Source: an uncultured Gemmatimonadaceae bacterium
GTDB lineage: Bacteria > Gemmatimonadota > Gemmatimonadetes > Gemmatimonadales > Gemmatimonadaceae
NCBI GenBank assembly: GCA_963817955.1
Contig: CAWFQK010000002.1
Location: 832,001 to 896,000 of the forward strand
Direction: 5' to 3'
Length of the DNA: 64,000 nt
Shown here: positions 11,054 through 22,895 of the stretch, in pieces
How positions within the stretch are numbered: the stretch's first letter is position 1
Layout of the letters: each line of letters starts with the position of its first letter
Program-made: the position numbers and the translations under genes
Notes under the pieces: generated by a model
Told to the model about the DNA's origin: nothing
Databases searched by the model: none
What the model saw: the letters and a program-made list of their open reading frames with translations, nothing else

Positions 11054-12059
11054 CCGCCGGGTGCGCAGGGCGTTGTGCGTCGCCGCCACGGCGTTCGCCA
11101 CAGCGTGTGGCAGTGGAAGCGGGCCAACCGTACGCGTCACGATACCGCCTGGCGCGAGCCTGCGCGTTGCCGGCGACTCTCTCGCGAAAGCAGGCGTGAT
11201 TCACCTTCCGCGCGTCTTCCGTCTGTATGCGTCGCTTCGCAAGAGCGACCGAGGGATCAAGGCCGGCACGTACGTGTTGCATCGCAACGCAGGATGGGGC
11301 TTCGTGCTCGACGCGCTGCACGGCGGCAAGGGACTGGTCCACGTCATTACGATCCCGGAAGGCTTCTCGCTGTCCCAGATCGCGCCGCTGATCGCATCGA
11401 AGTTGGGTCAGCCGCTCGACTCCGTGGTGGCCGCGACTCGCGACACTGCGCTGCTGCATCGCCTGGACATCTCCACTGCCACGGCCGAAGGATACCTGTT
11501 TCCTGATACCTACACCTTTCCCGCCGGAACGACGGCGCGGGCGGCGGTGAACGCGATGGTCCGCCGTTTCGAGCAGGTATGGCAGCCGCAATGGACGGCG
11601 CGTCTCGACACGCTGCACCTGTCGCGGAACGACGTGATGGCGCTCGCGTCGATCGTGGAAACGGAAGCGCGACTACCTGAGGAGCGGCCGGTGATCGCGG
11701 CCGTGTACCTCAACAGGATGCGAGCCGGCATGTTGCTGCAGGCCGACCCGACGGTACAGTACGCGCTGGGCAAGCACGTCGCACGCCTCTACTACAAGGA
11801 TCTCACGGTCGATTCGCCGTACAACACGTACACGCACAAGGGGCTGCCGCCGGGACCGATCGCTTCGCCGGGACGGGCGAGCATCGAAGCGGCGTTGTAT
11901 CCGGCCAACGTGCCATACGTGTATTTCGTGGCTTTCCCGGATGGGCACCATGAATTCCGCCGCGATCTGGCCGGCCACGAGCAGGCCAAGCTCGCCGCTC
12001 GCCGTGCGTGGGATTCAGTCGCGCTGGCGCGCGGCGTGGATACCACCCGACCCAAGTGA
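11031..12059 (+). CDS. mltG: Endolytic transglycosylase MltG
   Basis: TIPEG, EGYLFPDTY, LASIVETE, LQADPTVQY, SPYNTY, GLPPGPIASPG; start 11031 or GTG 11061. Confidence 0.95.
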   Translation: MPFNLPANRRVRRALCVAATAFATACGSGSGPTVRVTIPPGASLRVAGDSLAKAGVIHLPRVFRLYASLRKSDRGIKAGTYVLHRNAGWGFVLDALHGGKGLVHVITIPEGFSLSQIAPLIASKLGQPLDSVVAATRDTALLHRLDISTATAEGYLFPDTYTFPAGTTARAAVNAMVRRFEQVWQPQWTARLDTLHLSRNDVMALASIVETEARLPEERPVIAAVYLNRMRAGMLLQADPTVQYALGKHVARLYYKDLTVDSPYNTYTHKGLPPGPIASPGRASIEAALYPANVPYVYFVAFPDGHHEFRRDLAGHEQAKLAARRAWDSVALARGVDTTRPK

Positions 12060-12815
12060 CTCCGAGCGCCACCGGAATTTGACGTCGGGCACGCGATCGC
12101 GTGCCTCATCCCGGCGCCCGCCGCGTGTATTTCGTTGGGTGATGTGCGCGTGCATCAGCCGTTCAGCAACAGCGGGAAAGAGCGCGAGATCGACGAGATC
12201 GGGATCGAATTGCGTGGCACGCCCTTCAGCGATCACCGTCATGGCTGCCTCGATCCCGCGTCCGCGTCGATAGCGGCGGCTGCGCGCCACTGAATCCAAG
12301 GTGTCGGCGATGGCGACAATTCGCGCTTCGATCGGAATGCGGGCGCCCCGCAGATGACGCGGGTACCCGCTGCCGTCCCAGCGTTCATGGTGTGCGAGCA
12401 CGCCGATAGGCAGTTCGGGATAGAACGCCGCGAGGGGGGCGAGCACCTCGGCGCCGCGTTGTGGATGCGTGGCGACGGCGCGCCGTTCGTTGATGGAGAG
12501 CCGGGACGCTTCGTGCACGATGTCGAAGAGCGCTTCGTAGATCTTTCCGATGTCGTGGAACAGCGCGACGCGTTCGACGGCCTGCTGTTGTCGTTCGTCG
12601 AGCCCCGCGGCGTCGGCGATGATGAGCGCGTATCGCGCCACTCGACGGACGTGCATGCCCGTCCGCGGGTCATTGGCCTCGATGGCATTGAGCAGCGTTT
12701 GCAACGTCGCGCCGGCGAACCGTTCGACGGCCTGGCGAGCGCGGCGTTGGCGCACGATGACGGCGGCGGCCGCGAGTGCGGCGAAGAGGAGCGGAAGTGG
12801 GTGTCTTCGGTCCAT
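12015..12815 (-). CDS. HD-GYP domain protein with N-terminal membrane anchor
   Basis: FHDIGK and HHERWDGSGYP; overlaps the mltG 3' end by 45 bp. Confidence 0.88.
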   Translation of the reverse strand: MDRRHPLPLLFAALAAAAVIVRQRRARQAVERFAGATLQTLLNAIEANDPRTGMHVRRVARYALIIADAAGLDERQQQAVERVALFHDIGKIYEALFDIVHEASRLSINERRAVATHPQRGAEVLAPLAAFYPELPIGVLAHHERWDGSGYPRHLRGARIPIEARIVAIADTLDSVARSRRYRRGRGIEAAMTVIAEGRATQFDPDLVDLALFPAVAERLMHAHITQRNTRGGRRDEARDRVPDVKFRWRSESLGSGGIHAARQRD

Positions 12816-12893
12816 GCGCCGGGAACTCGCAAGAAACCGGCTCGCGTGTGGACGATGCGATACGAGGATCGGCTGGCCGGGGGGGGGACAACA

Positions 12894-12926
12894 CAAAGCC
12901 CCTGGCCAACTGGGCCAGGGGCTTTG
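12894..12926 (-). terminator. Terminator of the 23S-5S unit
   Basis: CAAAGCCCCTGGCC / GGCCAGGGGCTTTG 14-bp stem directly after 5S. Confidence 0.8.
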
Positions 12927-12934
12927 CAATGAGG

Positions 12935-13052
12935 TGCCGGCGACGGCCTACTCTCCCGCGCTCTCACGAGCGGAGTACCATCGGCGCTGTAGGGCTTAAC
13001 GATCGTGTTCGGAATGGGAACGAGTGTGGCCCCTACGCTCTAGTCGCCAGCG
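12935..13052 (-). rRNA. rrf: 5S rRNA
   Basis: Reverse complement contains CCCATTCCGAACAC, GCCGATGGTACT, GGGAGAGTAGG. Confidence 0.95.
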
Positions 13053-13194
13053 AATATGGTTGCTCGTGCCCGTCGCGCGTTCGTCGTGTGACCGAGGAGC
13101 GCGCAGCGAGCGACGAGAAACGATAGTGAAGTCCGAGGTAGATGCGTTTAGTGTTTCCTAATTGTTGCGTGCTTTGCGATACTCCTTTGGGGAG

Positions 13195-16169
<2,975 letters not shown>

Positions 16170-16298
16170 CAACAATTGGTCAAGCAAAGCACTGCATTCC
16201 TACACTTCATCGATCAAGCACATGTGACGCGCGTTGCCGCGCCTCCCATCCGCTCTATCGATGAGGATTCACTTCCCACGATCTACCTCAGACTTCAC

Positions 16299-16310
16299 TT
16301 GTCAAACAGC
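16299..16310 (-). promoter_or_regulatory. BoxA-like antitermination element
   Basis: GCTGTTTGACAA in the 23S leader. Confidence 0.6.
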
Positions 16311-16448
16311 GATTCTCGCGTGTCGAACGTGCGCGTGTGCGCCGTTCGGGGCGAGCCTTTCATTTTATGGAAGGCTCTGTCGATTCTCAAGTGGCGCCGC
16401 GTGAATTCAGCAGCACTCAGCAACGAGCTTCGTTAGCGAGGGGCGATA

Positions 16449-16477
16449 AGGATATCTCGAATTCACGCGGAGATCAA
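16449..16477 (-). promoter_or_regulatory. Sigma70-type promoter of the 23S-5S unit
   Basis: TTGATC-N17-TATCCT about 280 nt upstream of the 23S 5' end. Confidence 0.65.
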
Positions 16478-16538
16478 CCCCTGCACGCGATAGATTGGAC
16501 GGTTCCGTCTGACGTCGCAACCCGCCTCGAGTATGCCG

Positions 16539-17705
16539 ATGTACGACATCGCCGTCGTGTCCGCCAAAGGCGCCTACCGCTGGCAACACGGACATCCCTG
16601 GATCTACCGCAGCGACGTCACCCAGCGCCCCGCTGCGCCCGCAGGTGCCGTTCGCGTGCATGACCACCGCGGCAAACCGATCGGCCTCGCGCTCTGGAGT
16701 CCGTCATCGGAGATCTCGCTCCGCATGATCGACGATGATCCGCGCGCCGAACTGGACCACGCATGGTGGCGCGTTCGCATCGGCCACGCCCTCGACCGCC
16801 GCCAGCCGCTAATGGGCGTCGCATCCGCGTACCGGCTCATCCACGGCGAAGGCGATGCCTGTCCCTCCCTCATCTGCGACCGATACGACGCATGGCTCGT
16901 GGTGCAGTTGATGAGCGCGGGCCTCGAGGCATTTCGCGCACCGATCCTCGACGTCCTCGAGGACCTGCTGCAACCACGCGGCATTCTCGGGCGGAACGAC
17001 GTCGCGTTGCGCGCCAAGGAATCGCTCCCCGTCGGCGTCGAACTGCTGCGCGGCGAGGTGCCGCAGGAAATCGAGGTCCAGGAGCACGGCATCCGCTTTC
17101 TCGCTGCGCCCTGGCGCGGACAGAAGACGGGCGCCTTTCTCGACCAGCGCGAGAATCGGGTGCTCATCGGCGAACACGCACGCGGACGCGCACTCGACTG
17201 CTTCAGCTACCACGGCTCCTTCGCGCTGCACATGGCGAGGCGCGCCGAGTCGGTCATCGCCCTCGATGTCTCCGCCGACGCGCTGCGTCGTGCGGGCGAA
17301 AACTGCACCCGCAACGGCATCACGAACGTCGAGCTCGTGGAAGCAGACACGTTCGATTACCTGCGCGAGCAGCAAACCGCTGGTCAACGCTTCGACACGA
17401 TCGTCCTCGATCCACCGGCCTTCGCTAAGAACAAGGCATCGCTGCCCTCGGCGATTCGCGGGTACAAGGACATCAATCTGCGTGCGATGCGCCTGCTCGC
17501 GCCTGGTGGCCTGCTGTTCACCGCCAGTTGCAGCTTCCATCTCACGAAGCCGCTCTTTCTCGAAGTGCTGCAGGCGGCTGCCGCCGATTCGGGCCGTCGA
17601 ATGGTGCTGCGCGCGATCACCGGCCAGCCCCTCGATCACCCGGAGGTCATCTCGATTCCGGAAACGGGCTATTTGAAGGGGGCGCTCTTGGAGGCAATAG
17701 TGTGA
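16539..17705 (+). CDS. rlmI: RlmI-like class I SAM-dependent rRNA methyltransferase
   Basis: GHPWIY PUA start, GQKTGAFLDQREN, LDPPAF, YLKG. Confidence 0.85.
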   Translation: MYDIAVVSAKGAYRWQHGHPWIYRSDVTQRPAAPAGAVRVHDHRGKPIGLALWSPSSEISLRMIDDDPRAELDHAWWRVRIGHALDRRQPLMGVASAYRLIHGEGDACPSLICDRYDAWLVVQLMSAGLEAFRAPILDVLEDLLQPRGILGRNDVALRAKESLPVGVELLRGEVPQEIEVQEHGIRFLAAPWRGQKTGAFLDQRENRVLIGEHARGRALDCFSYHGSFALHMARRAESVIALDVSADALRRAGENCTRNGITNVELVEADTFDYLREQQTAGQRFDTIVLDPPAFAKNKASLPSAIRGYKDINLRAMRLLAPGGLLFTASCSFHLTKPLFLEVLQAAAADSGRRMVLRAITGQPLDHPEVISIPETGYLKGALLEAIV

Positions 17706-18505
17706 TCGTGCTCGGCCCTGGCGCCTGAGACGTCGGCCTGACACACCGGACAGAAATACGTCGACCGACCGGCCTGCACGATGCGCTCGATGAGCGTGCG
17801 GCAGCGACGACAGGGCTTCCCTTCGCGATCGTACACGGAAAAGCGCGACACCGATTCATCCGTGTCGCGCGCCCCGCTCGCCTTGTCGATCACACGACGA
17901 ACCGCCTTGAGCAGCGCTGCCACCTGCCGTATCGTCAGCGACGATGACGGCGCCGTGGGCGCGATGCGAGCGTGCCAGAGAGACTCGGCAGCGTAGATGT
18001 TTCCAAGCCCGGCAATGACACGCTGGTCGAGCAGTACGGGTTTGATCGGGCCGCGCTTCTTCGACAGCACAGCGTGTAGCGACGAGGGCGTGAGTGCGGG
18101 GTCGCTGGGTTCGGGACCGAGTCCAAGATCGAGTGGGACATGTGCCGGGTGCAGGTCGAGCGTGCTCAGCGCGCGCGGATCCTCGAGCACGACGCGCGAG
18201 CCGTCCGTGAAGGTGATCGACGCACGTGCGAATCGCGGCAGTTCGTCATCGGCTCTGCCGATGACCCAGTCGCCCGTCATGCGAAAGTGCACGTGTAGCC
18301 GGCGACCATTGTCCAGAACGAGCAGCTGATGCTTGCCGCGGCGCTCGACGGCGAGCACCCGCACCTGGCGAAGCGAGCGAAGCCGCGCCGGCGACAGCCG
18401 CCGGCGAAGCGCTGGATGGAGCAGCTCCACGCGCGCCACCGTGCGGCCGACCGCGACTGCGCGCAGACGGCGGGCGGCGCGCTCGACCTCGGGTAACTCG
18501 GGCAT
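17669..18505 (-). CDS. mutM: Formamidopyrimidine-DNA glycosylase (Fpg)
   Basis: MPELPEVE, RRGK, LLDQRVIAGLGNIY, C-terminal zinc finger. Confidence 0.95.
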   Translation of the reverse strand: MPELPEVERAARRLRAVAVGRTVARVELLHPALRRRLSPARLRSLRQVRVLAVERRGKHQLLVLDNGRRLHVHFRMTGDWVIGRADDELPRFARASITFTDGSRVVLEDPRALSTLDLHPAHVPLDLGLGPEPSDPALTPSSLHAVLSKKRGPIKPVLLDQRVIAGLGNIYAAESLWHARIAPTAPSSSLTIRQVAALLKAVRRVIDKASGARDTDESVSRFSVYDREGKPCRRCRTLIERIVQAGRSTYFCPVCQADVSGARAEHDHTIASKSAPFK

Positions 18506-18560
18506 TGGAATTCGTTCGAGGAGGTTGACCGACGCTTCTGCTACTAGGCAAGTTGCACCC

Positions 18561-19466
18561 GTGCCTTCCTCGACTCAATCCGCCGCGGCGCGCCGACGGC
18601 AAGTGCGCGACGCAGGGTCACCGGCGGTACGCCGAACGTTGTCAGTGGTCCTGGCGCTCAACGTCATCGTCGCGCTGGTCAAGCTCGGCGTCGGCGCCAA
18701 GACTGGTGCGCTCACGGTGCTCGGCGCCGCGCTCGAGTCCGGCCTCGACATGTTCAACAACGCAATTGGGATGATGCTCGTGGCGGTCGCCGGACGCGCG
18801 CCCGACGATGACCATCCGTACGGGCACGACAAGTTCGAGACCCTTGGCGCGCTTGCCATCGTCGGATTCCTGTCCATCTCCTGCTTCGAGCTGCTGCGCG
18901 AAGGCATCGGCGCGCTCCTCGCGAAGCGCGCGCCGCATCACGTCGACAGCGCGGATCTCGTGATCATTGCCTGCACGCTCGTCGTCAATGTGTTTGTCGT
19001 ATGGTACGAGCGGCGGCGGGGCCGGGCACTCGGTAGCGCGTTCCTGCTCGCCGACGCTGCACATACGAGCGGCGACATTCTCGTCACCATACTCGCGCTC
19101 ACGTCGCTGGCGTTGTCGCACGTCGCCGGGCCATGGCTGGATGCCGCTCTTGGCATTGGCGTGGCACTGATCATCGCCTGGAGCGGAATTAAGATCCTGC
19201 GCGAATCGATCCCGATCCTCGTAGATGAGCGCGCGATCGACGCCGACGAGTTGCGCGGCGCCGTGCTGCGCGTGCCGGATATTGGCGATGTGCGCAATGT
19301 GCGGTCGCGCTTTACGGCGTCGGGACAGCTCTTCGCTGAAGTCACGATCGTCGTCCACGGCGGCACACCGGTGGACGAAGCGCACCGACTCGCCGACGCG
19401 GTCGAAGCAGCAATCGAGCGTGAGTTCGGCGCATCGCAGGTGACGGTGCACGTCGAACCCGCGTGA
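18561..19466 (+). CDS. Cation diffusion facilitator transporter
   Basis: PDDDHPYGHDKFE, ADAAHTSGD, six TM helices, VHVEP end. Confidence 0.92.
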   Translation: MPSSTQSAAARRRQVRDAGSPAVRRTLSVVLALNVIVALVKLGVGAKTGALTVLGAALESGLDMFNNAIGMMLVAVAGRAPDDDHPYGHDKFETLGALAIVGFLSISCFELLREGIGALLAKRAPHHVDSADLVIIACTLVVNVFVVWYERRRGRALGSAFLLADAAHTSGDILVTILALTSLALSHVAGPWLDAALGIGVALIIAWSGIKILRESIPILVDERAIDADELRGAVLRVPDIGDVRNVRSRFTASGQLFAEVTIVVHGGTPVDEAHRLADAVEAAIEREFGASQVTVHVEPA

Positions 19467-19525
19467 GTACTTGCGTGTCGTGAACGGACGTCTAGCTTAC
19501 GCGCATTCTTTCACCGCTCCGAGGC

Positions 19526-20308
19526 ATGACGAATCGACCAACGCGCTCTCTCAAGCACGAGTACGAGCTGTTCGTCGAACAAGAGATTGAGAACTACAAG
19601 GAGTCGGTGCCGCGGAGCGTCATCCTCAGTATTGGGGATGAAGCGATGTCAGTACTTTCCGCCCAACCGCAGCTCGCGCTGACGGAGCTCCTCCTCTGCG
19701 ATGAAGTGGATCGCATCATCTTCAAGCGGCTGCGTCTTGCGACGTACGACACGTGGCGTCGCAAGTGGTTGAAATTGTCCGACGAGCGCCGCCGCCCTGA
19801 GCATTGGGGATTGAGTCCCGACGACGCGCTCGTTCGCGCACTCCCGACGTCCTCCGAGGGTCGAGTGCTATTGGCCGGCGCCGCGGACGAAAGACCGGCG
19901 TTGTATCTCGCGGCGAACGGCTGTGACGTCACGACGTTGGCGGGCGAGGAGGATGCGCTCGAACGCATGAGGCAGGCGGCGATCGGCGCCGGACTCGCCG
20001 GCCGCGTACATGCGCAGATAGGCAACCTGTCGTCGTGGACCCCCGACGTGCCACTCACTGCCGTCATCGTGAACCCCAGCGTTCTCGATGGGCTCTCCTC
20101 CGCGGAACGCGCACGCGTCATCGACATTCTGCAGAGCGCAACGATGGACGGCGGAATCCACCTCGTCCAAACGATCGTCGCCTCCAGTAATGCGACTGAC
20201 GCAATGTCACTCGAGGAACTGCGTAGTCAGTATCGCAACTGGACGGTGACGGTAGAACGAGCCCAGGACCGTTCGAAGACTTTCCTGGCGAGAAAGGGCG
20301 CTGCATGA
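19526..20308 (+). CDS. Hypothetical protein with degenerate SAM-methyltransferase-like C-terminal domain
   Basis: GAGG RBS; ALYLAANGCDVT and LQSATMDGGIHL resemble a class I MTase fold. Confidence 0.65.
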   Translation: MTNRPTRSLKHEYELFVEQEIENYKESVPRSVILSIGDEAMSVLSAQPQLALTELLLCDEVDRIIFKRLRLATYDTWRRKWLKLSDERRRPEHWGLSPDDALVRALPTSSEGRVLLAGAADERPALYLAANGCDVTTLAGEEDALERMRQAAIGAGLAGRVHAQIGNLSSWTPDVPLTAVIVNPSVLDGLSSAERARVIDILQSATMDGGIHLVQTIVASSNATDAMSLEELRSQYRNWTVTVERAQDRSKTFLARKGAA

Positions 20309-20436
20309 CGACGTGTTAATTAGACACGTCCGTGTCAGTTCATTCTGTATTGGATCGACACAAACCAGCCAAACCGGCTGGTTGTTTCGTTTTGTAAGCA
20401 CTTTTGAGTAAACGACTTAACGCTTCCATTGCGCTA

Positions 20437-20452
20437 TGGCACCACCAGTGCA
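20437..20452 (+). promoter_or_regulatory. Putative sigma54 -24/-12 promoter
   Basis: TGGCACCACCAGTGCA (GG-N10-GC), preceded by an AT-rich tract. Confidence 0.6.
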
Positions 20453-20567
20453 AAATGGGGTGGCGCGACGGCAACCGGCCAGTCGTGAAAGTCGCTGGGC
20501 CCGTTGCGGCGGACCGTATCCCGCCGCCGGGCCACGCGAGTGACGGAATCAGAGATCAGCGACATAT

Positions 20568-20723
20568 ATGAAGGCAAAGGGAAAGAGCGGCTCGGACCAG
20601 GAGCCCATCGGCATCGTGATTTCGCGCGGAGCGCGTGGCGACCAGCGGCCCACGTTTTCTGCGTACGTGTGGGGACCGGCGCCAGAGGTTCCTGACGATG
20701 GGCGCGACGGCAAGATCGGATAG
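20568..20723 (+). CDS. Putative 51-aa small protein (MKAKGKSGSDQEPIGIVISRG...FSAYVWGPAPEV...)
   Basis: Lies between a sigma54-like promoter and a terminator; below the ORF-track cutoff. Confidence 0.5.
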   Translation: MKAKGKSGSDQEPIGIVISRGARGDQRPTFSAYVWGPAPEVPDDGRDGKIG

Positions 20724-20755
20724 CCGCCCAGATCGAACACAGCAGCGTCGACAGC

Positions 20756-20797
20756 AGCGACGGCACTCTCAGTGAGTGGCGTCGCTTTTGTTTTTTT
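20756..20797 (+). terminator. Intrinsic terminator
   Basis: AGCGACGGCACTC...GAGTGGCGTCGCT followed by TTTGTTTTTTT. Confidence 0.75.
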
Positions 20798-20816
20798 GCC
20801 CGTGACAGGTGACGGC

Positions 20817-21180
20817 CTGTCATCCTGAGCAAAGCGAAGGATCGCTGTGAACGGCGCACAGCCTTTTAACGCAGAGGTCGCAGAGAACTGCAAGAGGACG
20901 CAGAGAACTGCAGAGGACCGTGAAGGATTGTCTCGCCTGGAAGGCTTGGCGGATGCCGTCGTGACGCTCCGATGGTATCGCCCAGGTCGGGCTCATCAAC
21001 GATATAGGCGGAATGATTGTGGACTCGGCAATCACGGTTCATTCCACCGATACGCGCTTCTCTCTTCCGTACGCTTACAGTTTTCTTTTGCCGTTCTCTG
21101 CGCCCTCTGCAGTTCTCTGCAGTTCTCTGCGTTAAAGTTGTTCGACCGCCCAGAGAGATCCTCCGCTTTGCTCAGGATGA
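20817..21180. mobile_element. Repeat-bracketed element, copy 2 (inverted relative to copy 1), REP-like caps at both ends
   Basis: REP 20817-20843, arm TTTTAACGCAGAGGTCGCAGAGAACTGC..., core with LINDIGGMIVDSAITVHST (20992-21048), reverse arm, REP 21155-21180. Confidence 0.7.
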
Positions 21181-21191
21181 AAGGCATCGCG

Positions 21192-21229
21192 AAAAAAAGA
21201 AGCCGGCGCGAACGCCGGCTCCCCTTTTT
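21192..21229. terminator. Bidirectional terminator
   Basis: A-tract, AGCCGGCG-CGAA-CGCCGGCT stem, T-tract. Confidence 0.7.
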
Positions 21230-21245
21230 CCTTCAAATGCGCGAA

Positions 21246-21368
21246 CTAGCGACGGGTGGCCTTCTTCGCAACCTTGCGAACCGTCTTCTTGGCGGCGGTC
21301 TTACGGACCGCTTTCTTCGCACCAGCCTTCTTCGCGCCGCCCTTACGGGCACTCTTCTTTGCAGCCAT
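21246..21368 (-). CDS. 40-aa Lys/Ala-rich histone H1-like basic protein
   Basis: GGAGA RBS; MAAKKSARKGGAKKAGAKKAVRKTAAKKTVRKVAKKATRR; followed by a terminator. Confidence 0.7.
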   Translation of the reverse strand: MAAKKSARKGGAKKAGAKKAVRKTAAKKTVRKVAKKATRR

Positions 21369-21524
21369 TGTGAACTCTCCATTCATGGAGGTACTTGCTC
21401 TCGACCGATCCCCCGGTGGATTCGGCGAGACGACGACCGTTACGCATGGCTTTCGCCGTGTTGCGCTTGGATCGTCGCTACACACGCCTCCGCGGAGGCG
21501 CGCGAAGTCCTTGATACTGCTCCA

Positions 21525-22895
21525 TCATACGGCGTCACTCAAGCTGGTGAAACTGAAGTCTCTGACTTTGATCGGCGGAACCATGATCGCCTGGCCGGGA
21601 TCGCCGCCCTCGCTCGCACTCACGCGCTCGGGGACGCCCATCGCCTCCAGGTTGTTCAGCATGAAGATCGGTGAATCGTTGAACCGAAGGTTCTTCACCG
21701 GTCTCGTGACCTTGCCGTTCTCGATCAAGAACGTTCCATCGCGTGTCAGGCCGGTGTAGAGAATCGTGCGTTGATCCACCGGCCGCAAATACCAAAAGCG
21801 TGTCACCAACAAACCACGTTGCGTCGAACGAATCAAATCATCCATCGACGCGGTGCCGCCACTCATTCGAACCGAACCACCCGCGCCGGTTGGTGTACGT
21901 CCCTGACGCTGTGCCCAATATCGGTCATAGTCCAGTGTTTTGACAACACCGTTTTCGATCCATACGACGCGTTGTGTCGGCGATCCGTCACTACTGAAGG
22001 GTGATCCGGCGACTTCCGGATCGAATGGATCGGACACGATCGTCACCCGTTCGTCCACCACTTTCTGCCCGATCTTGTTCTTTCCACCAGCGAGCGAGAA
22101 GAACGAACGGCCTTCATCCGCCGAGCGCGCGTTGAGCGCACGCGTGATGAATTGTACGAGATTTCCAACAGCCGTCGGCTCGAACACCACCGTATAACGT
22201 CCCGGTTCGATCGCGACGGGATTCACCGACGTGCGGGCCTTTTGTGTGGCGCGGCGACCAAGCACCGACGGATCGATGCGGCTCCAGTCGTAGTGCGTCG
22301 CGCCCGCCCAGCCGGAACCAGTTCCGTCGGGCGTGCGCACCGTGGTCGTCAGCACGGACGACGTCGAGCGATTGTAGGCGAACAAGTTCTTGTTGTTCGC
22401 AATCGCCTGCGCGCCGGTAATGGCTTCCATGAAGCCCGTCGACACCAGACCGGCCGCCTTCGCCGGATCGGCGATCCGCTTCACCGCGTCGGCGCGCGTC
22501 GCGGGGTCTTGTGACGCCGTGACGTCGCTCCAGTTCACGCCTGGCCGATAGGTCTGCGGATCCAACTCCGGCAGCGCTTCGGGATCTTCGGGGCTGAGCC
22601 GGGACACGCGCTCCGACATCTGCACGGCGGCGCGCAGGCCGTCGTCGTCGAGCCGGTTGGTGGATGACGAACCGCTCCGCTTTCCGAACTTGCTGATCAC
22701 CGTGACGACGGCGTCGAACGAGTCGCCACCGGTGGAGATCTGGTTCACCGCGAAGCGCGTGTTCGCAATGCTGGTGCTGTTCACCATGACGCGTGTCTCG
22801 TCGGCGGCGGCGAAGGAGAGCGCACGCTTCGCGATGACTTCGCATTCCTCGCGCGACAAATACCGCGCCGACATGGCCAGGGATCGAATCGTCAT
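21525..22895 (-). CDS. TldE/PmbA family protein
   Basis: ATGA overlap with tldD; RFAVNQI, EPGRYTVVFEP, LYTGLTRDGTFLIENG. Confidence 0.88.
   Translation of the reverse strand: MTIRSLAMSARYLSREECEVIAKRALSFAAADETRVMVNSTSIANTRFAVNQISTGGDSFDAVVTVISKFGKRSGSSSTNRLDDDGLRAAVQMSERVSRLSPEDPEALPELDPQTYRPGVNWSDVTASQDPATRADAVKRIADPAKAAGLVSTGFMEAITGAQAIANNKNLFAYNRSTSSVLTTTVRTPDGTGSGWAGATHYDWSRIDPSVLGRRATQKARTSVNPVAIEPGRYTVVFEPTAVGNLVQFITRALNARSADEGRSFFSLAGGKNKIGQKVVDERVTIVSDPFDPEVAGSPFSSDGSPTQRVVWIENGVVKTLDYDRYWAQRQGRTPTGAGGSVRMSGGTASMDDLIRSTQRGLLVTRFWYLRPVDQRTILYTGLTRDGTFLIENGKVTRPVKNLRFNDSPIFMLNNLEAMGVPERVSASEGGDPGQAIMVPPIKVRDFSFTSLSDAV

Noticed and set aside
20455..20790. tmRNA or RNase P RNA
   Set aside because: No tRNA-like ends, tag peptide or conserved P4 sequences were found.
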